Assembly (NCBI GenBank): GCA_963762145.1
Contig: CAVXJS010000014.1
Coordinates: 256,001 to 320,000 of the forward strand
Length of the DNA stretch: 64,000 bases
Source: an uncultured Candidatus Rokubacteria bacterium
GTDB taxonomy: Bacteria; Methylomirabilota; Methylomirabilia; Rokubacteriales; CSP1-6
Reading direction: 5' to 3'
In this document: piece by piece, positions 40,302-49,899 of the stretch
Layout of the letters: each line of letters starts with the position of its first letter
Position numbering within the stretch: position 1 is the stretch's first letter
Made by a program: the position numbers and the translations under genes
The notes under the pieces: model-generated
The model's database searches: none
What the model was told of the DNA's origin: nothing
The model's input: only the letters and a program-made list of their open reading frames with translations

Positions 40302-41432
40302 ATGCTGCTGCGAAGCGTGCTCGCCGTCCTGCTGGCCCTCGCGGTCCCCGCGTCCGCGGCGACCCGGCTCAACGTCGCCATCGGGGCCGACGTCAACGTG
40401 GTCGAGGTGCACAAGACCCTCCTCGGGCCCGGCTTCCGGGCCACCGTCCCGGACGTGGAGATCAACGTGGTGGGCACCGGCACCGGCGAGCCGGCCAGCC
40501 GCGCGATCTACACGAAGATCAAGGCGCAGGCCGACACCGGCCGCAAGCCGTGGGACCTCGACGTGGCGCTGGTGAGCATGGCGGTGGCCTCGCAGATGGC
40601 GAAGGAGGGCCTGCTCCACCGGTTCGTGCCCCAGATGAAGAACGCGGCGCTCGTGAAGGGCGCGGAGGTGAAGGAGGCCTTCGGCGTCTCGGTGGACGGG
40701 TACGTGGTGCCGATGTTCCACAACCAGATCGCCGTCGCCTACGTGCCGTCCAAGGTGGCCAATCCGCCGAAGTCGTTCGACGAGCTGGCCGCGTGGGTGA
40801 AGGCCAATCCGGGTCGCTTCGGCTACAACGGGATCAAGGGCGGGGTGAGCGGCGTCGGCTTCACCATGGGCTGGGTCTACTGGAAGACCGGGCTCTACAA
40901 GGAGCTCACCCAGGGCCCGTTCGACAGAGGCAAGGAGGCGGCGATCCGCGAGGCGATCACCGCGCTGCGCGACTTCAACAAGCAGGCGACCATCACCAAC
41001 GGCAACGCGGGCACGCTGGACGCGCTCAACCGCGGTGAGATCTGGATGGGCGCGGTGTGGATCGACCAGCTCGTGGCCTGGAAGAACGAGGGTCGCATGG
41101 ACCCGGCGGTGACGCCGGTGCTGCCCGCGCCGGGGCTGCCGATCTACCCGCTCTACCTGGTGGTGCCGCGCGAGGCGGCGAGCCGGGACATGGCGGTGCG
41201 CTACATCGACTACATCGCGACCCCCGAGGTGCAGGCGAAGGCGATCGTCGAGAAGTTCGGCTGGTACCCGGGGGTGGACGCGGAGAAGGTGCTGCCGCTC
41301 ATCAACGCCAAGAGCCGCGAGCTGCTCTTCGCGGGCGTGAGCGCGCAGGATCTCGCCCGCTACTCGCGCCAGATGCCGATCAAGGAGTACCACGACCTGA
41401 TCAGCCTGGCGTACGAGGAGATCGTCCGCTGA
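40302..41432 (+). CDS. ABC extracellular solute-binding protein
   Basis: Signal peptide; PPKSFDEL..W..ANPGRFGY; RBS AGGAG. Confidence 0.85.
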   Translation: MLLRSVLAVLLALAVPASAATRLNVAIGADVNVVEVHKTLLGPGFRATVPDVEINVVGTGTGEPASRAIYTKIKAQADTGRKPWDLDVALVSMAVASQMAKEGLLHRFVPQMKNAALVKGAEVKEAFGVSVDGYVVPMFHNQIAVAYVPSKVANPPKSFDELAAWVKANPGRFGYNGIKGGVSGVGFTMGWVYWKTGLYKELTQGPFDRGKEAAIREAITALRDFNKQATITNGNAGTLDALNRGEIWMGAVWIDQLVAWKNEGRMDPAVTPVLPAPGLPIYPLYLVVPREAASRDMAVRYIDYIATPEVQAKAIVEKFGWYPGVDAEKVLPLINAKSRELLFAGVSAQDLARYSRQMPIKEYHDLISLAYEEIVR

Positions 41433-42190
41433 CCCTGGCCGAGCGGGTGCTGTGGGGGGCGCTCTGCGCCCCCGCGCTCGCGGTGCTCGCGGCCGTGTTC
41501 CTCTGGCCGCTCGGGGCCTCGGTGGTGGCGAGCTTCACGCGCGAGGGGCAGTGGACGCTGGCCAACTACGGGACGGTCGCCAGCCTCTACGCGCGCGACG
41601 TGGGCTACACGATCGGGGTCGCCGCGGCGGGGACCGCGCTCACCTTTGCCCTCGCGATCCCGGTGTGCGGATGGCTTCGCCTCCGCGCCTTCGGCCCGGT
41701 GGAGTTTCTGCTCAAGGTCCCGCTCTTCGTGCCCTTCGTGGTGGTCGGCCACGCGCTGCGCGTGTTCTGGAGCCCGTACGTGCCGTCGTTCTCGTCGTCG
41801 TGGGCGGGGATCGCCACCGCGCTCGCCTGGAAGCACCTCGGCCTGGCCGCGCTCCTGCTGCTGGGCGCCTTCCGCGGCACCGACGATTCGTACCTGGAGG
41901 CGGCGCGCCAGCTCGGCGCGTCCACCGGCCGGCTCACCCGCGACATCCTGGTGCCGATGGCCGCGCCGGCCCTCGCGGTGACCGGCATCCTGATCTTCTC
42001 CTCGATGCTGGCCTCGTTCTCGATCCCACTCATGATGGGCCGCGGCGGCGGCCCGCAGATGCTGATGATCGACGTGTACTACCGTTATGGCCAGCACGGG
42101 GATTTCGCCACCGCCTCCGCGCTGGGCGTGGTGGCCTACCTCCTGGCGATGGGCGCCGCGCTCGTGTACGTGCGCCGGCTCACCCGGTAG
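41429..42190 (+). CDS. ABC permease (PotB-like), probable CTG start
   Basis: EAA loop YLEAARQLGAS; CTGA overlap with the upstream stop and GAGGAG 8 nt upstream. Confidence 0.8.
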   Translation: MTLAERVLWGALCAPALAVLAAVFLWPLGASVVASFTREGQWTLANYGTVASLYARDVGYTIGVAAAGTALTFALAIPVCGWLRLRAFGPVEFLLKVPLFVPFVVVGHALRVFWSPYVPSFSSSWAGIATALAWKHLGLAALLLLGAFRGTDDSYLEAARQLGASTGRLTRDILVPMAAPALAVTGILIFSSMLASFSIPLMMGRGGGPQMLMIDVYYRYGQHGDFATASALGVVAYLLAMGAALVYVRRLTR

Positions 42191-42196
42191 ACCGTC

Positions 42197-43012
42197 GTGA
42201 TCGCGCCCGCCCGGTCCCTCGGCGCCATGACCGGGCGCGCGGCCGCGCTCGCCCTGGCCGCCTTCTTCATCCTGGGCCCATTGCTGAGCCTCGGCGTCTG
42301 GTCGTTCGCGGAGCGGTGGACCTACCCGAGCCCGTGGCCGCAGCGGTTCGGGCTCCGCTACTGGGCGCGCATGCTCACCGGCGACTTCCTCGATCCCCTC
42401 TACACCGGCCTGATCGTGGCGGTGATCGTGACGGTGCTGGCCCTGCTCTTCGCGGTGCCGCTGGGCTACGCGCTCGCCCGGCTGAAGTTCGCGGGCCGCA
42501 CCGTGATCCTGCTCGCGTTCCTGCTGCCCCAGGCCTTCCCGCAGCTGCCGGTCTTCGCGAGCGCCACTCGCGAGTTCTACCGCTTCGGGCTCGCCGGCAC
42601 CGTGACCGGGGTGGTGCTGGTGCACCTGGTGGGCGGCCTGGTCTTCGCGGTGTGGACGATGACCGCGGTGTTCCGCGCGATCCAGCCGGAGCTCGAGGAG
42701 GCCGCCTGGAACCTGGGCGCCTCGGTGACCCGCACCTTCCTGACCGTGTCGCTGCCGCTGGCGGTGCCCGGTATCGTGGCGAGCGCGCTGCTCGTGTTCC
42801 TCTACTCGCTGGATGAGTTCACCGGCACGCTGCTGGTGGGCGCCCCGTTCGTCACCACGCTCCCCGTCTACATGTACACCGCCAGCGTGGGCTACGAGCT
42901 GCAGATCGCCTCGGTGACCGCGATCGTGCTGATGGTGCCCGGGGCGGTCCTGCTGCTCCTGCTGGAGCGCGTGCTCAAGGCCGAGTACCTGGTCTTCTTC
43001 GGCCAGGTCTGA
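42197..43012 (+). CDS. ABC permease (PotC-like)
   Basis: LEEAAWNLGAS, SLDEF, TTLPVYMY. Confidence 0.88.
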   Translation: MIAPARSLGAMTGRAAALALAAFFILGPLLSLGVWSFAERWTYPSPWPQRFGLRYWARMLTGDFLDPLYTGLIVAVIVTVLALLFAVPLGYALARLKFAGRTVILLAFLLPQAFPQLPVFASATREFYRFGLAGTVTGVVLVHLVGGLVFAVWTMTAVFRAIQPELEEAAWNLGASVTRTFLTVSLPLAVPGIVASALLVFLYSLDEFTGTLLVGAPFVTTLPVYMYTASVGYELQIASVTAIVLMVPGAVLLLLLERVLKAEYLVFFGQV

Positions 43013-43016
43013 CGCG

Positions 43017-43099
43017 CCCCCTCACCCTGCCCTCTCCCCCTCCGGGGGCGAGGGTTCCAAGACACCCTCTCCCCTCAGGGGAGAGGGCAGGGTGAGGGG
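43017..43099. repeat. REP-like element, full two-hairpin form
   Basis: CCCCCTCACCCTGCCCTCTCCCCC-tcc-GGGGGCGAGGG ... CCCTCTCCCC-tca-GGGGAGAGGGCAGGGTGAGGGG, between convergent genes. Confidence 0.85.
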
Positions 43100-43103
43100 C
43101 GGT

Positions 43104-43658
43104 CTAGCGCTTCAGCCGGGTCGTCCACGCGACGAGCTCGGTCAGCAGCTTCCGGATCAGCTCCCTCGACGTCTCGTCGGTCAGCTCGCCCTGCTCGTTG
43201 AAGCGCTGGGCCGCGTTGGCGATCAGCACCTCCGGCTGGTTGACCTGGTACATGTTGAGGTAGATGAAGCACTGGCGCAGGTGGTACTGAGCGCGCGCGC
43301 TGCCCAGCATGCCGACCGAGGCGCCCATCACCGCCACCGGCTTGCCCTGCCACGCGCTGTCGCCGTAGGGGCGCGAGGCCCAGTCGATCGCGTTCTTGAG
43401 CACCCCGGGCATCGAGTAGTTGTACTCGGGGGTGGAGAAGAGGATGGCGTCCGCCGCGCGCACGCGGGTCTTCATCTCCACCACGCGCGCGGGCGGCTCC
43501 TTCTCCAGGTCCTGGTTGTACGGAGGAATGCCCTCGAGCTCGAAGATGTCGAGGCTCGCGCCCGGGGGCAGGAGCGACTGGGCCGCGCGGAGCGCGAAGC
43601 GGTTGAAGGACGCCCGGCGCAGGCTGCCGGGAATGCCGAGGATCTTGAGGTCGGGCAC
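43104..43658 (-). CDS. NAD(P)H-dependent FMN reductase (ChrR/YieF-like)
   Basis: GSLRRASFN, TPEYNYSMPGVLKNAIDWASR, RAQYHLRQ; GTG start after GGAG. Confidence 0.9.
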   Translation of the reverse strand: MPDLKILGIPGSLRRASFNRFALRAAQSLLPPGASLDIFELEGIPPYNQDLEKEPPARVVEMKTRVRAADAILFSTPEYNYSMPGVLKNAIDWASRPYGDSAWQGKPVAVMGASVGMLGSARAQYHLRQCFIYLNMYQVNQPEVLIANAAQRFNEQGELTDETSRELIRKLLTELVAWTTRLKR

Positions 43659-43675
43659 GCGGGGTCTCCTTCCGC

Positions 43676-44725
43676 CTAGAACGAGGTGAACACGCCCTTG
43701 CCGGTGGTCTGGGTGTCGAAGCGCTTGTAGGCCTCCGCGGCCTGGTCGAGGCGGAACTGGTCGGTGAAGATCCGGCCGAGCGGGATCTTGCGGTCGGCCA
43801 CGAAGCGCGCGCACTCCCACTGGCCCATGCTGCTGAACGTCCACGAGGCCACCAGTGTGAGCTGCTTGCGGATCAGGTCACGGCTCACGTCGATGGAAGT
43901 GGCGCCCCCCTCGCCCACGAAGCACATGCGTCCCCACGTGGCGGCGCTGCGCACCGCGGCCACCCGGGGCTCGGGGAGGCCGGTGCAGTCCATGGTGGCC
44001 TCGGCCCCCTCGCCGTGGGTGAGGTCCATGATGGCCTTCACCGGGTCGGTCTCGCGCGAGTTGACGACCGCGTCGGCGCCGAACTGCTTCGCGAGGGCGA
44101 GCCGCTCCGCCGCGATGTCCACCGCGATCACGCGCGCGCCCATCGCCACGCCCAGCATGGTGGCGGAGAGGCCGACCGGTCCCTGGCCGAACACGGCCAG
44201 GGTGTCGCGCCCGGACACGTCGATGCGCTTGAGCGCGCCGTAGGCGGTGCCGGTGCCGCAGGACACCGCCGCGCCTTCCTCGAAGGTGAGCTCGTCGGGC
44301 AGGGGCACGTTGGTGCGCGCGGGCACCTTCATGTACTTCGCGTGCGCGCCGTCTCCGGTGGCGCCGAAGACGGTGATGCCGGCCTTGCAGAGCTGCGACC
44401 ACCCCACCCGGCAATGCTTGCAGTGGCCGCATCCGGTGTAGTGATGATTCATCACGCGCTGGCCCACGCGCCCCTCGGTCGCGCTCACGCCGGGGCCCAG
44501 CGCCGCGATCACCCCGCAGGGCTCGTGCCCCGCGATCACCGGCTTGCCGCTGCCGCCCAGGCCGAGCGCGGCCGTCTCGTTGCCGTCCGCGCGGTAGAAC
44601 TTGAGATCGCTCCCGCACATGCCGGAGGCCTTGATCTCCAGCACGACCTCGCCCGGCCCGGGCGTCGGATCGGGGAAGTCTCGCAGCTCGAGCTGTCGAT
44701 TGCCGGTGAAGACGATACCGCGCAT
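43676..44725 (-). CDS. Zinc-dependent dehydrogenase (sorbitol/threonine dehydrogenase-like MDR)
   Basis: GMCGSD, GHEPCG, CGHCKHC, GQGPVG. Confidence 0.88.
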   Translation of the reverse strand: MRGIVFTGNRQLELRDFPDPTPGPGEVVLEIKASGMCGSDLKFYRADGNETAALGLGGSGKPVIAGHEPCGVIAALGPGVSATEGRVGQRVMNHHYTGCGHCKHCRVGWSQLCKAGITVFGATGDGAHAKYMKVPARTNVPLPDELTFEEGAAVSCGTGTAYGALKRIDVSGRDTLAVFGQGPVGLSATMLGVAMGARVIAVDIAAERLALAKQFGADAVVNSRETDPVKAIMDLTHGEGAEATMDCTGLPEPRVAAVRSAATWGRMCFVGEGGATSIDVSRDLIRKQLTLVASWTFSSMGQWECARFVADRKIPLGRIFTDQFRLDQAAEAYKRFDTQTTGKGVFTSF

Positions 44726-44824
44726 GGGTGCACCCCCTCGTTGTCGTTAGAGCCCGGTGTAGTGTAAAAGATGAGGTGGTCGACGGCCAGCAGTGCTCAC
44801 TCTCACGATCTCTGGAGGTGATCG

Positions 44825-45481
44825 ATGTCGCGGCTCGTCCTGACGCTGGCCCTGGCGCTCCTCGCCAGCGCCTGCGCGCCCGCGACCGAGCCGCGCACCG
44901 TGATCGCCGCCGGTCCGCGCGTGCTCTTCGACGATGACCTCCGGATCGCCCGCAACTGGTCCGCCGGCACCGGGACGATCTGCAAGTCCTCCTACGCCGA
45001 CGACGGCTTCGTCGTCGAGAACATCGCGGCCTCCGCGCCGTGCCTGCTGGGCCCGGTGCGTCCGGAGCCATTTCCGGCCGGCGTGCGCATCGAGGTGACC
45101 GCCCGGCAGCGCAAGGGCACCCGCGAGGGCGCGTTCGGGCTCATGTTCGCCAGCCGCGGCGGGGCCGACAACCGGACCTTCGCCACCTTCGGACTCACCG
45201 CCAACGGCACCTACCGGGTGGCGAGCTGGAGCGGCGGGAAGTGGAACTATCCGGTGCCGCCCACCGCAACCCGGAGCGTGAAGACCGAGTACGGCGCCCC
45301 GAATACCCTGGCCGTCGAGCTGCGCGACCGATCCATCGTGGCCTACGTCAACGGCCGGCCGGTGGCGACCGCGGAGCTGGCCGCCGAGGCCAGCGGCACG
45401 CTGGGACTCTACGTGGACCAGCGGGGCATGGAGGTGCTCTTCGGCAACCTCCGTGTCAGCGAGCTGCCCCCGGTTCGCTGA
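44825..45481 (+). CDS. Hypothetical lipoprotein, beta-sandwich (DUF1080-like)
   Basis: Lipobox LASAC; beta-rich with NTLAVE...YVNG...GTLGL...FGNLRV. Confidence 0.6.
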   Translation: MSRLVLTLALALLASACAPATEPRTVIAAGPRVLFDDDLRIARNWSAGTGTICKSSYADDGFVVENIAASAPCLLGPVRPEPFPAGVRIEVTARQRKGTREGAFGLMFASRGGADNRTFATFGLTANGTYRVASWSGGKWNYPVPPTATRSVKTEYGAPNTLAVELRDRSIVAYVNGRPVATAELAAEASGTLGLYVDQRGMEVLFGNLRVSELPPVR

Positions 45482-45493
45482 TCCGCCCGCCGA

Positions 45494-46549
45494 TCAGTTT
45501 CCCGCGCGCTTGAGCGCGAGCTCGATGTGCTCGGGCGCCGGCTTCCGCGTTCCCGCGTCCACCTCGCGCATCAGGGCGACCACCGCGCTCGACACCGGCG
45601 TCGGCACGCCGACCTCGCGGCCCTTGTCCACCACGAGGCCGTTCATGTAGTCGATCTCGCTGCGGCGGCCCTTGATCGCGTCCTGGGCCATGGAGGCGCG
45701 CCAGTTGCGCGCGGAGCCGCCCTCCTTGGGGGTGAGCGCGGCGTCGAGCTCTCCGTAGACGTCGGGGCGGCCGGCCTGGGCCCACTGCTCGGCCTCGCGG
45801 CCGTTGAACTTGGGAATACGGTAGCCGAGCTTGAGCCCGACCGCGGCCGATTCCTGCGCGATCCGGATGGTGATCTCGCGCCCTCGCGCCTGCTTGGCGA
45901 TCTCGACCGAGCCCAGGCCGGTCATGGCCTGCACCGGGTTGCCCATGCAGTTCGCGCAGAGCTTGGACCAGCGCTCGCCCCATAGGTTGTCGGTGGGCCG
46001 CGCCCCGTCCACCACGCTCATGATATCGGCCAGCTCGGTGACCCGCTCGGTGATGCGCCCGTCGTGCTCGCCGGCGCGGAACACGTCGTGTCCGGCGCCC
46101 TGGCCCTTTTCCATGCCGCGCTCCACCTGGCCCGGCTTCCACAGGGCGACGCCGATCTTCGACATGATGAGGCCGACCGAGCGCTCCGCGCCCGCGATGC
46201 CGGCCACGATCGGATCGTTCCAGCAGTTCTGGGCGGAGACCAGGTAGCCCTCGGGCTTCAGATGCGGCAGCGCCATCCAGGTGGCCCACGCGGTGTCGTA
46301 GGCCTTCATGGCGATGAACCCGATGTCGAAGTCGGCTCCGAGCCGCTGGAGCTCGTGCACGTGGATCGCAACCGGCTTGGCCTCGAAGGGGTCGTGCGGG
46401 CCGGTGACCGCGATGCCCTGACGGCGGAGAGTCTCGACCTGCTCGGGCCACGGATCTACCAGGGTCACCTCGTGGCCGGCCCGCGCGAGGAACGCGCCCA
46501 GGTAGCTGCCGATCGCACCCGCGCCGATGAAGAGCATCCGCTTGGCCAT
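45494..46549 (-). CDS. Ketopantoate reductase (PanE/ApbA) family protein
   Basis: IGAGAIG, KAYDT, SAQN, WSKLCAN, ASMAQD..KGRRSEIDYMNG. Confidence 0.85.
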   Translation of the reverse strand: MAKRMLFIGAGAIGSYLGAFLARAGHEVTLVDPWPEQVETLRRQGIAVTGPHDPFEAKPVAIHVHELQRLGADFDIGFIAMKAYDTAWATWMALPHLKPEGYLVSAQNCWNDPIVAGIAGAERSVGLIMSKIGVALWKPGQVERGMEKGQGAGHDVFRAGEHDGRITERVTELADIMSVVDGARPTDNLWGERWSKLCANCMGNPVQAMTGLGSVEIAKQARGREITIRIAQESAAVGLKLGYRIPKFNGREAEQWAQAGRPDVYGELDAALTPKEGGSARNWRASMAQDAIKGRRSEIDYMNGLVVDKGREVGVPTPVSSAVVALMREVDAGTRKPAPEHIELALKRAGN

Positions 46550-46584
46550 CTCGAGTTCCTCCTGGTTCGGTGAGAGACCCCGCG

Positions 46585-46613
46585 ATCTTAGCCCCGCGCG
46601 AGGCCGTTGCCAA
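46585..46613 (-). promoter_or_regulatory. Sigma70-type promoter for the ketopantoate reductase gene
   Basis: TTGGCA-N17-TAAGAT on the minus strand. Confidence 0.5.
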
Positions 46614-46618
46614 GCCGC

Positions 46619-46759
46619 ATGCTCTCCAGCAGCCGGCAGTACATGAACGTGGCGCCGCACGTGGCCGCGCTGCCCGGGCTCGCCATCTTCCTCGCCGTCC
46701 TCGGCTTCAACCTGCTGGGCGACGGACTGCGCGATGCGCTCGATCCGCGCCTCCGCTAG
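46619..46759 (+). pseudogene. Orphan C-terminal fragment of a DppC/OppC peptide ABC permease
   Basis: [46 protein letters not shown]-stop; no upstream part is present. Confidence 0.8.
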
Positions 46760-46771
46760 AATGCGGGCGGC

Positions 46772-46984
46772 ATGAGCGACGCGGAGGCGGTGCGCGCGGA
46801 GGTGGACACCATGCTCGCGCTGGTCCGCGAGCGGTACGGCAGCCGGCTGGACGCCGACCAGCTCGCGGGCGTGCGGACGTCGATCGAGGCGATCGTGCAG
46901 GCCTCGCGCGCCCTCCGCGCGGTGCGCCTCACCAACGCCGACGAGCCCGCCCAGCCCTTCGCGGTCTACCGCGCGGAGCCGTGA
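46772..46984 (+). CDS. Small GatC/AtzG-like amidase partner protein
   Basis: 70 aa helical protein ending ALRAVRLTNADEPAQPF; stop overlaps the amidase ATG. Confidence 0.6.
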   Translation: MSDAEAVRAEVDTMLALVRERYGSRLDADQLAGVRTSIEAIVQASRALRAVRLTNADEPAQPFAVYRAEP

Positions 46985-48414
46985 TGGCCGAGGACGTGGT
47001 CTTCACCCCGGTCCGGGAGCTCGCGGAGGGTGTCCGCACCCGGCGCCTCTCCCCGGTCGCGCTGGCCGAGACGTTCCTCGGGCGGCTCGAGCAGCTCGGC
47101 CCGCGTTACAACGCGGTGGTCACGGTCACGCGTGCCCGCGCGCTCGAGCAGGCGCGGCGTGCGGAGGCGGAGATCGCGGCCGGGCGTTACCGCGGCCCGC
47201 TCCACGGCATTCCCTACGGGGCCAAGGATCTGCTCGCGACGTCCGGCGGCATCCCGACCACGTGGGGCGCGGCGCCCTTCAAGGACCGATGCTTCGATTT
47301 CGACGCCACCGCGATCCTGAAGCTGGAGGCCGCGGGCGCGGTGCTCTGCGCGAAGCTCGCCATGGTGGAGCTGGCCGGCGGCATGGGCTACCGGCAGCCC
47401 AATGCCGCGTTCACCGGGCCCGGCGTGAATCCGTGGAACCGGGAGGCGTGGAGCGGCGGCTCGTCGAGCGGCTCGGGCTCCGCGGTCGCGGCGGGGCTCG
47501 TCCCGTTCGCGATCGGCTCGGAGACCTGGGGCTCCATCCTCTCGCCCGCCGGCAACTGCGGCCTCGCGGGGCTGCGGCCGACCTACGGGCGGGTGAGCCG
47601 CCACGGCGCGATGGCCCTCTGCTGGACCCTCGACAAGCTCGGCCCGCTCGCCCTCACCGCGGACGACTGCGGCCTGGTGCTCGAGGTCATCGCGGGGCGA
47701 GACGCCGCCGATCCGACCACGGTGGACCGGCCCTACCGCTACGACGCGGGCGAGCCGGCGGGCCGGCGCTTCCGCTTCGGGGTGCTGCGCGGCATCACCG
47801 ACGGCTGCGAGGACGAGGTCCGGGAGAACTTCGCGCGCTCGCTGGACGTGCTGCGCGGGCTCGGTACCGTCGAGGAGGTCACGCTGCCGGATCTGCCCTA
47901 CGACGACATCACGCGCACCATCCTGTTCGCGGAGGCGGCGAGCGCGTTCGAGGACGTGATCGAGAGCGGCGCCATCGCCGGGCTCACCGCGCCGGAGGAC
48001 CGCTACACCGCCTACGCGCGCGACGCGATCCTCGCCAAGGACTACGTGAAGGCGCTGCGGCTGCGCGGCGTGATGGCGCGCGAGGCGGACCGCGTGCTGG
48101 CGCGGCTGGACGCGCTGGTCGCGCCGGGGCGCTCCACGGTGGCCGCGATGCTGGGCGGCGAGGTGCGCAGCGCGATCCGCGGGACCGCCCGGGACGTGAT
48201 GGGCGCCGTCGGCAACGGGGCGGGCCTGCCCGGGGTGGCGGTGCCGAATGGCTTCGGCGCGCGCGGACTGCCGACGAGCGTGCAGTTCATGGGGCGCGCC
48301 TGGGAGGAGAACACGATCCTGGCCGCCGCCCGTGCCTACCAGTCGGCCACCGACTGGCACCGGCGCCATCCCGCCGACGTCTCGACGAGCGGGGTGGCCG
48401 GATCGACGAGGTGA
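46984..48414 (+). CDS. Amidase signature family protein (GatA-like)
   Basis: GPLHGIPYGAKD, GGSSSGSG, GSETWGSI, GLRPTYGRVSR, GLPTSVQF. Confidence 0.9.
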   Translation: MAEDVVFTPVRELAEGVRTRRLSPVALAETFLGRLEQLGPRYNAVVTVTRARALEQARRAEAEIAAGRYRGPLHGIPYGAKDLLATSGGIPTTWGAAPFKDRCFDFDATAILKLEAAGAVLCAKLAMVELAGGMGYRQPNAAFTGPGVNPWNREAWSGGSSSGSGSAVAAGLVPFAIGSETWGSILSPAGNCGLAGLRPTYGRVSRHGAMALCWTLDKLGPLALTADDCGLVLEVIAGRDAADPTTVDRPYRYDAGEPAGRRFRFGVLRGITDGCEDEVRENFARSLDVLRGLGTVEEVTLPDLPYDDITRTILFAEAASAFEDVIESGAIAGLTAPEDRYTAYARDAILAKDYVKALRLRGVMAREADRVLARLDALVAPGRSTVAAMLGGEVRSAIRGTARDVMGAVGNGAGLPGVAVPNGFGARGLPTSVQFMGRAWEENTILAAARAYQSATDWHRRHPADVSTSGVAGSTR

Positions 48415-49424
48415 CGGGCCCGCTGCGATCGGCCCCCCGCAAGGGGGCGATCGGTCTCGGCGCTCTCGTCCTGGCACTGGTCTTCCTGGCTCTGACGCTC
48501 GCCGCCGACGCCCAGCCGGCCCGGAAGGTGCCGACGGTCGGCTACGTGGGGCTGCCCACCGATTCGGCCGAGCCCCGGTGGCAGGACGGCTTCGTGCGCG
48601 GTCTTCGCGAGGCCGGGCACGTCCCGGGGCAGACCATCGTCGTCGAGGTCCGCAGCTACACGACCGGCGACGAGCTGCGGAAGGTGCTGGACGACTTTGT
48701 CCGGCAGAAGGTCGACGTCATCTTCGTCGGGCAGCCATTCGTCGCGCTCGCCGCGAGACAGGCGACCCGGGACACTCCCATCGTCTGCGGGTCCTGCGGC
48801 GATCCGATCGAGAACGGTCTCGCGAAGAGCCTGGCCAACCCGGGCGGTAACGTCACGGGCCTCGCGAGCCTGTCGGCGGAGCTCATCGGGAAGCGCGTGG
48901 CCCTGATGAAGGAGGTGCTCCCGGGTGCCTCGCGCCACGCGGTCTTCGTGTTTCCCTCCAACCCCGGGACCCGGGCGACCTCGAGGGCACTCGACGCGGC
49001 GGGCCGGACGCTCGGGGTCGAGATTCAGCGCATCGAGATCCGGCGCCCGGGTGACTTCGAGGGGGCGTTCCGGTCGGCGGCCAGAGGCGGCGCCGGCAGC
49101 GTCCTGCTCCAGGACGATCCGCTGCTCCGTCCCTCCGCGACTCAGATCGCGGAGCTGGCGCTGAGGCACCGGCTTCCGGTATCAGCCGGCGTGCTCGAAC
49201 TGACCGAGACGGGGGTCCTGATGGCCTACGGGCCCGACCGTGTCGACCTGTATCGGCGTGCCGCGGGGTTCGTGGACCGGATCCTCAAGGGGGCCAAGCC
49301 GGACGATCTGCCCTTCGAGCAGGCGGCGAAGTTCACCCTCGTGCTGAACCTCAAGACGGCCCGGGCTCTCGGCGTCACGATTCCGCCGTCGCTCATCCTG
49401 CGCGCGGATCGGGTCATCGAATGA
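48411..49424 (+). CDS. Orphan ABC substrate-binding protein (PF04392-like)
   Basis: SLANPGGNVTG, LMAYGPD, ILKGAKPDDLPFEQ, RADRVIE. Confidence 0.85.
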   Translation: MTGPLRSAPRKGAIGLGALVLALVFLALTLAADAQPARKVPTVGYVGLPTDSAEPRWQDGFVRGLREAGHVPGQTIVVEVRSYTTGDELRKVLDDFVRQKVDVIFVGQPFVALAARQATRDTPIVCGSCGDPIENGLAKSLANPGGNVTGLASLSAELIGKRVALMKEVLPGASRHAVFVFPSNPGTRATSRALDAAGRTLGVEIQRIEIRRPGDFEGAFRSAARGGAGSVLLQDDPLLRPSATQIAELALRHRLPVSAGVLELTETGVLMAYGPDRVDLYRRAAGFVDRILKGAKPDDLPFEQAAKFTLVLNLKTARALGVTIPPSLILRADRVIE

Positions 49425-49462
49425 CCCGACCGGGAGTCCGGGGCTCGGTGGATGCGGGGGCG

Positions 49463-49729
49463 CTACTTCGGATCCGGGGCGCCGTTGCGGCGCTCCCGCT
49501 TGTCCTTCGACGGCTCGTTGCGGGTCTTCTGGTAATTCTCCCGCGCGGTCTTGATCGCCCCGGGATCACCCGACTTGTACGCCTCGCGAAGCTTCTGACG
49601 CGAGGTCTCCACGTCTTTCCGCTCGTGCTTGACGTCCTGGCTACCCTGCACGGGCAGCGCCAAGCCTCCGCTCACGATCACGGTGGCGCACGCGGCGCCC
49701 ATGGTCCAGCCGATCAGCGTCCTCATCAT
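49463..49729 (-). CDS. Small secreted, highly charged hypothetical protein
   Basis: Signal-peptide-like N-terminus followed by a charged helical segment; RBS GAGGGAG. Confidence 0.55.
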   Translation of the reverse strand: MMRTLIGWTMGAACATVIVSGGLALPVQGSQDVKHERKDVETSRQKLREAYKSGDPGAIKTARENYQKTRNEPSKDKRERRNGAPDPK

Positions 49730-49899
49730 CTTGCTCCCTCGGGGATGGATAGAAGTACGACCCACGATGCCCGAGGACACTGCAATGGCGTTGCCAGGCT
49801 GGAAGTATCTGGATTAGCAGGCGAATCGAGCTACTGCACCCCCGGGCTCTGACGCCACCCGTCACTCGCGCGGCCCACTTTTCGGCAGCTGCCGGAGTC

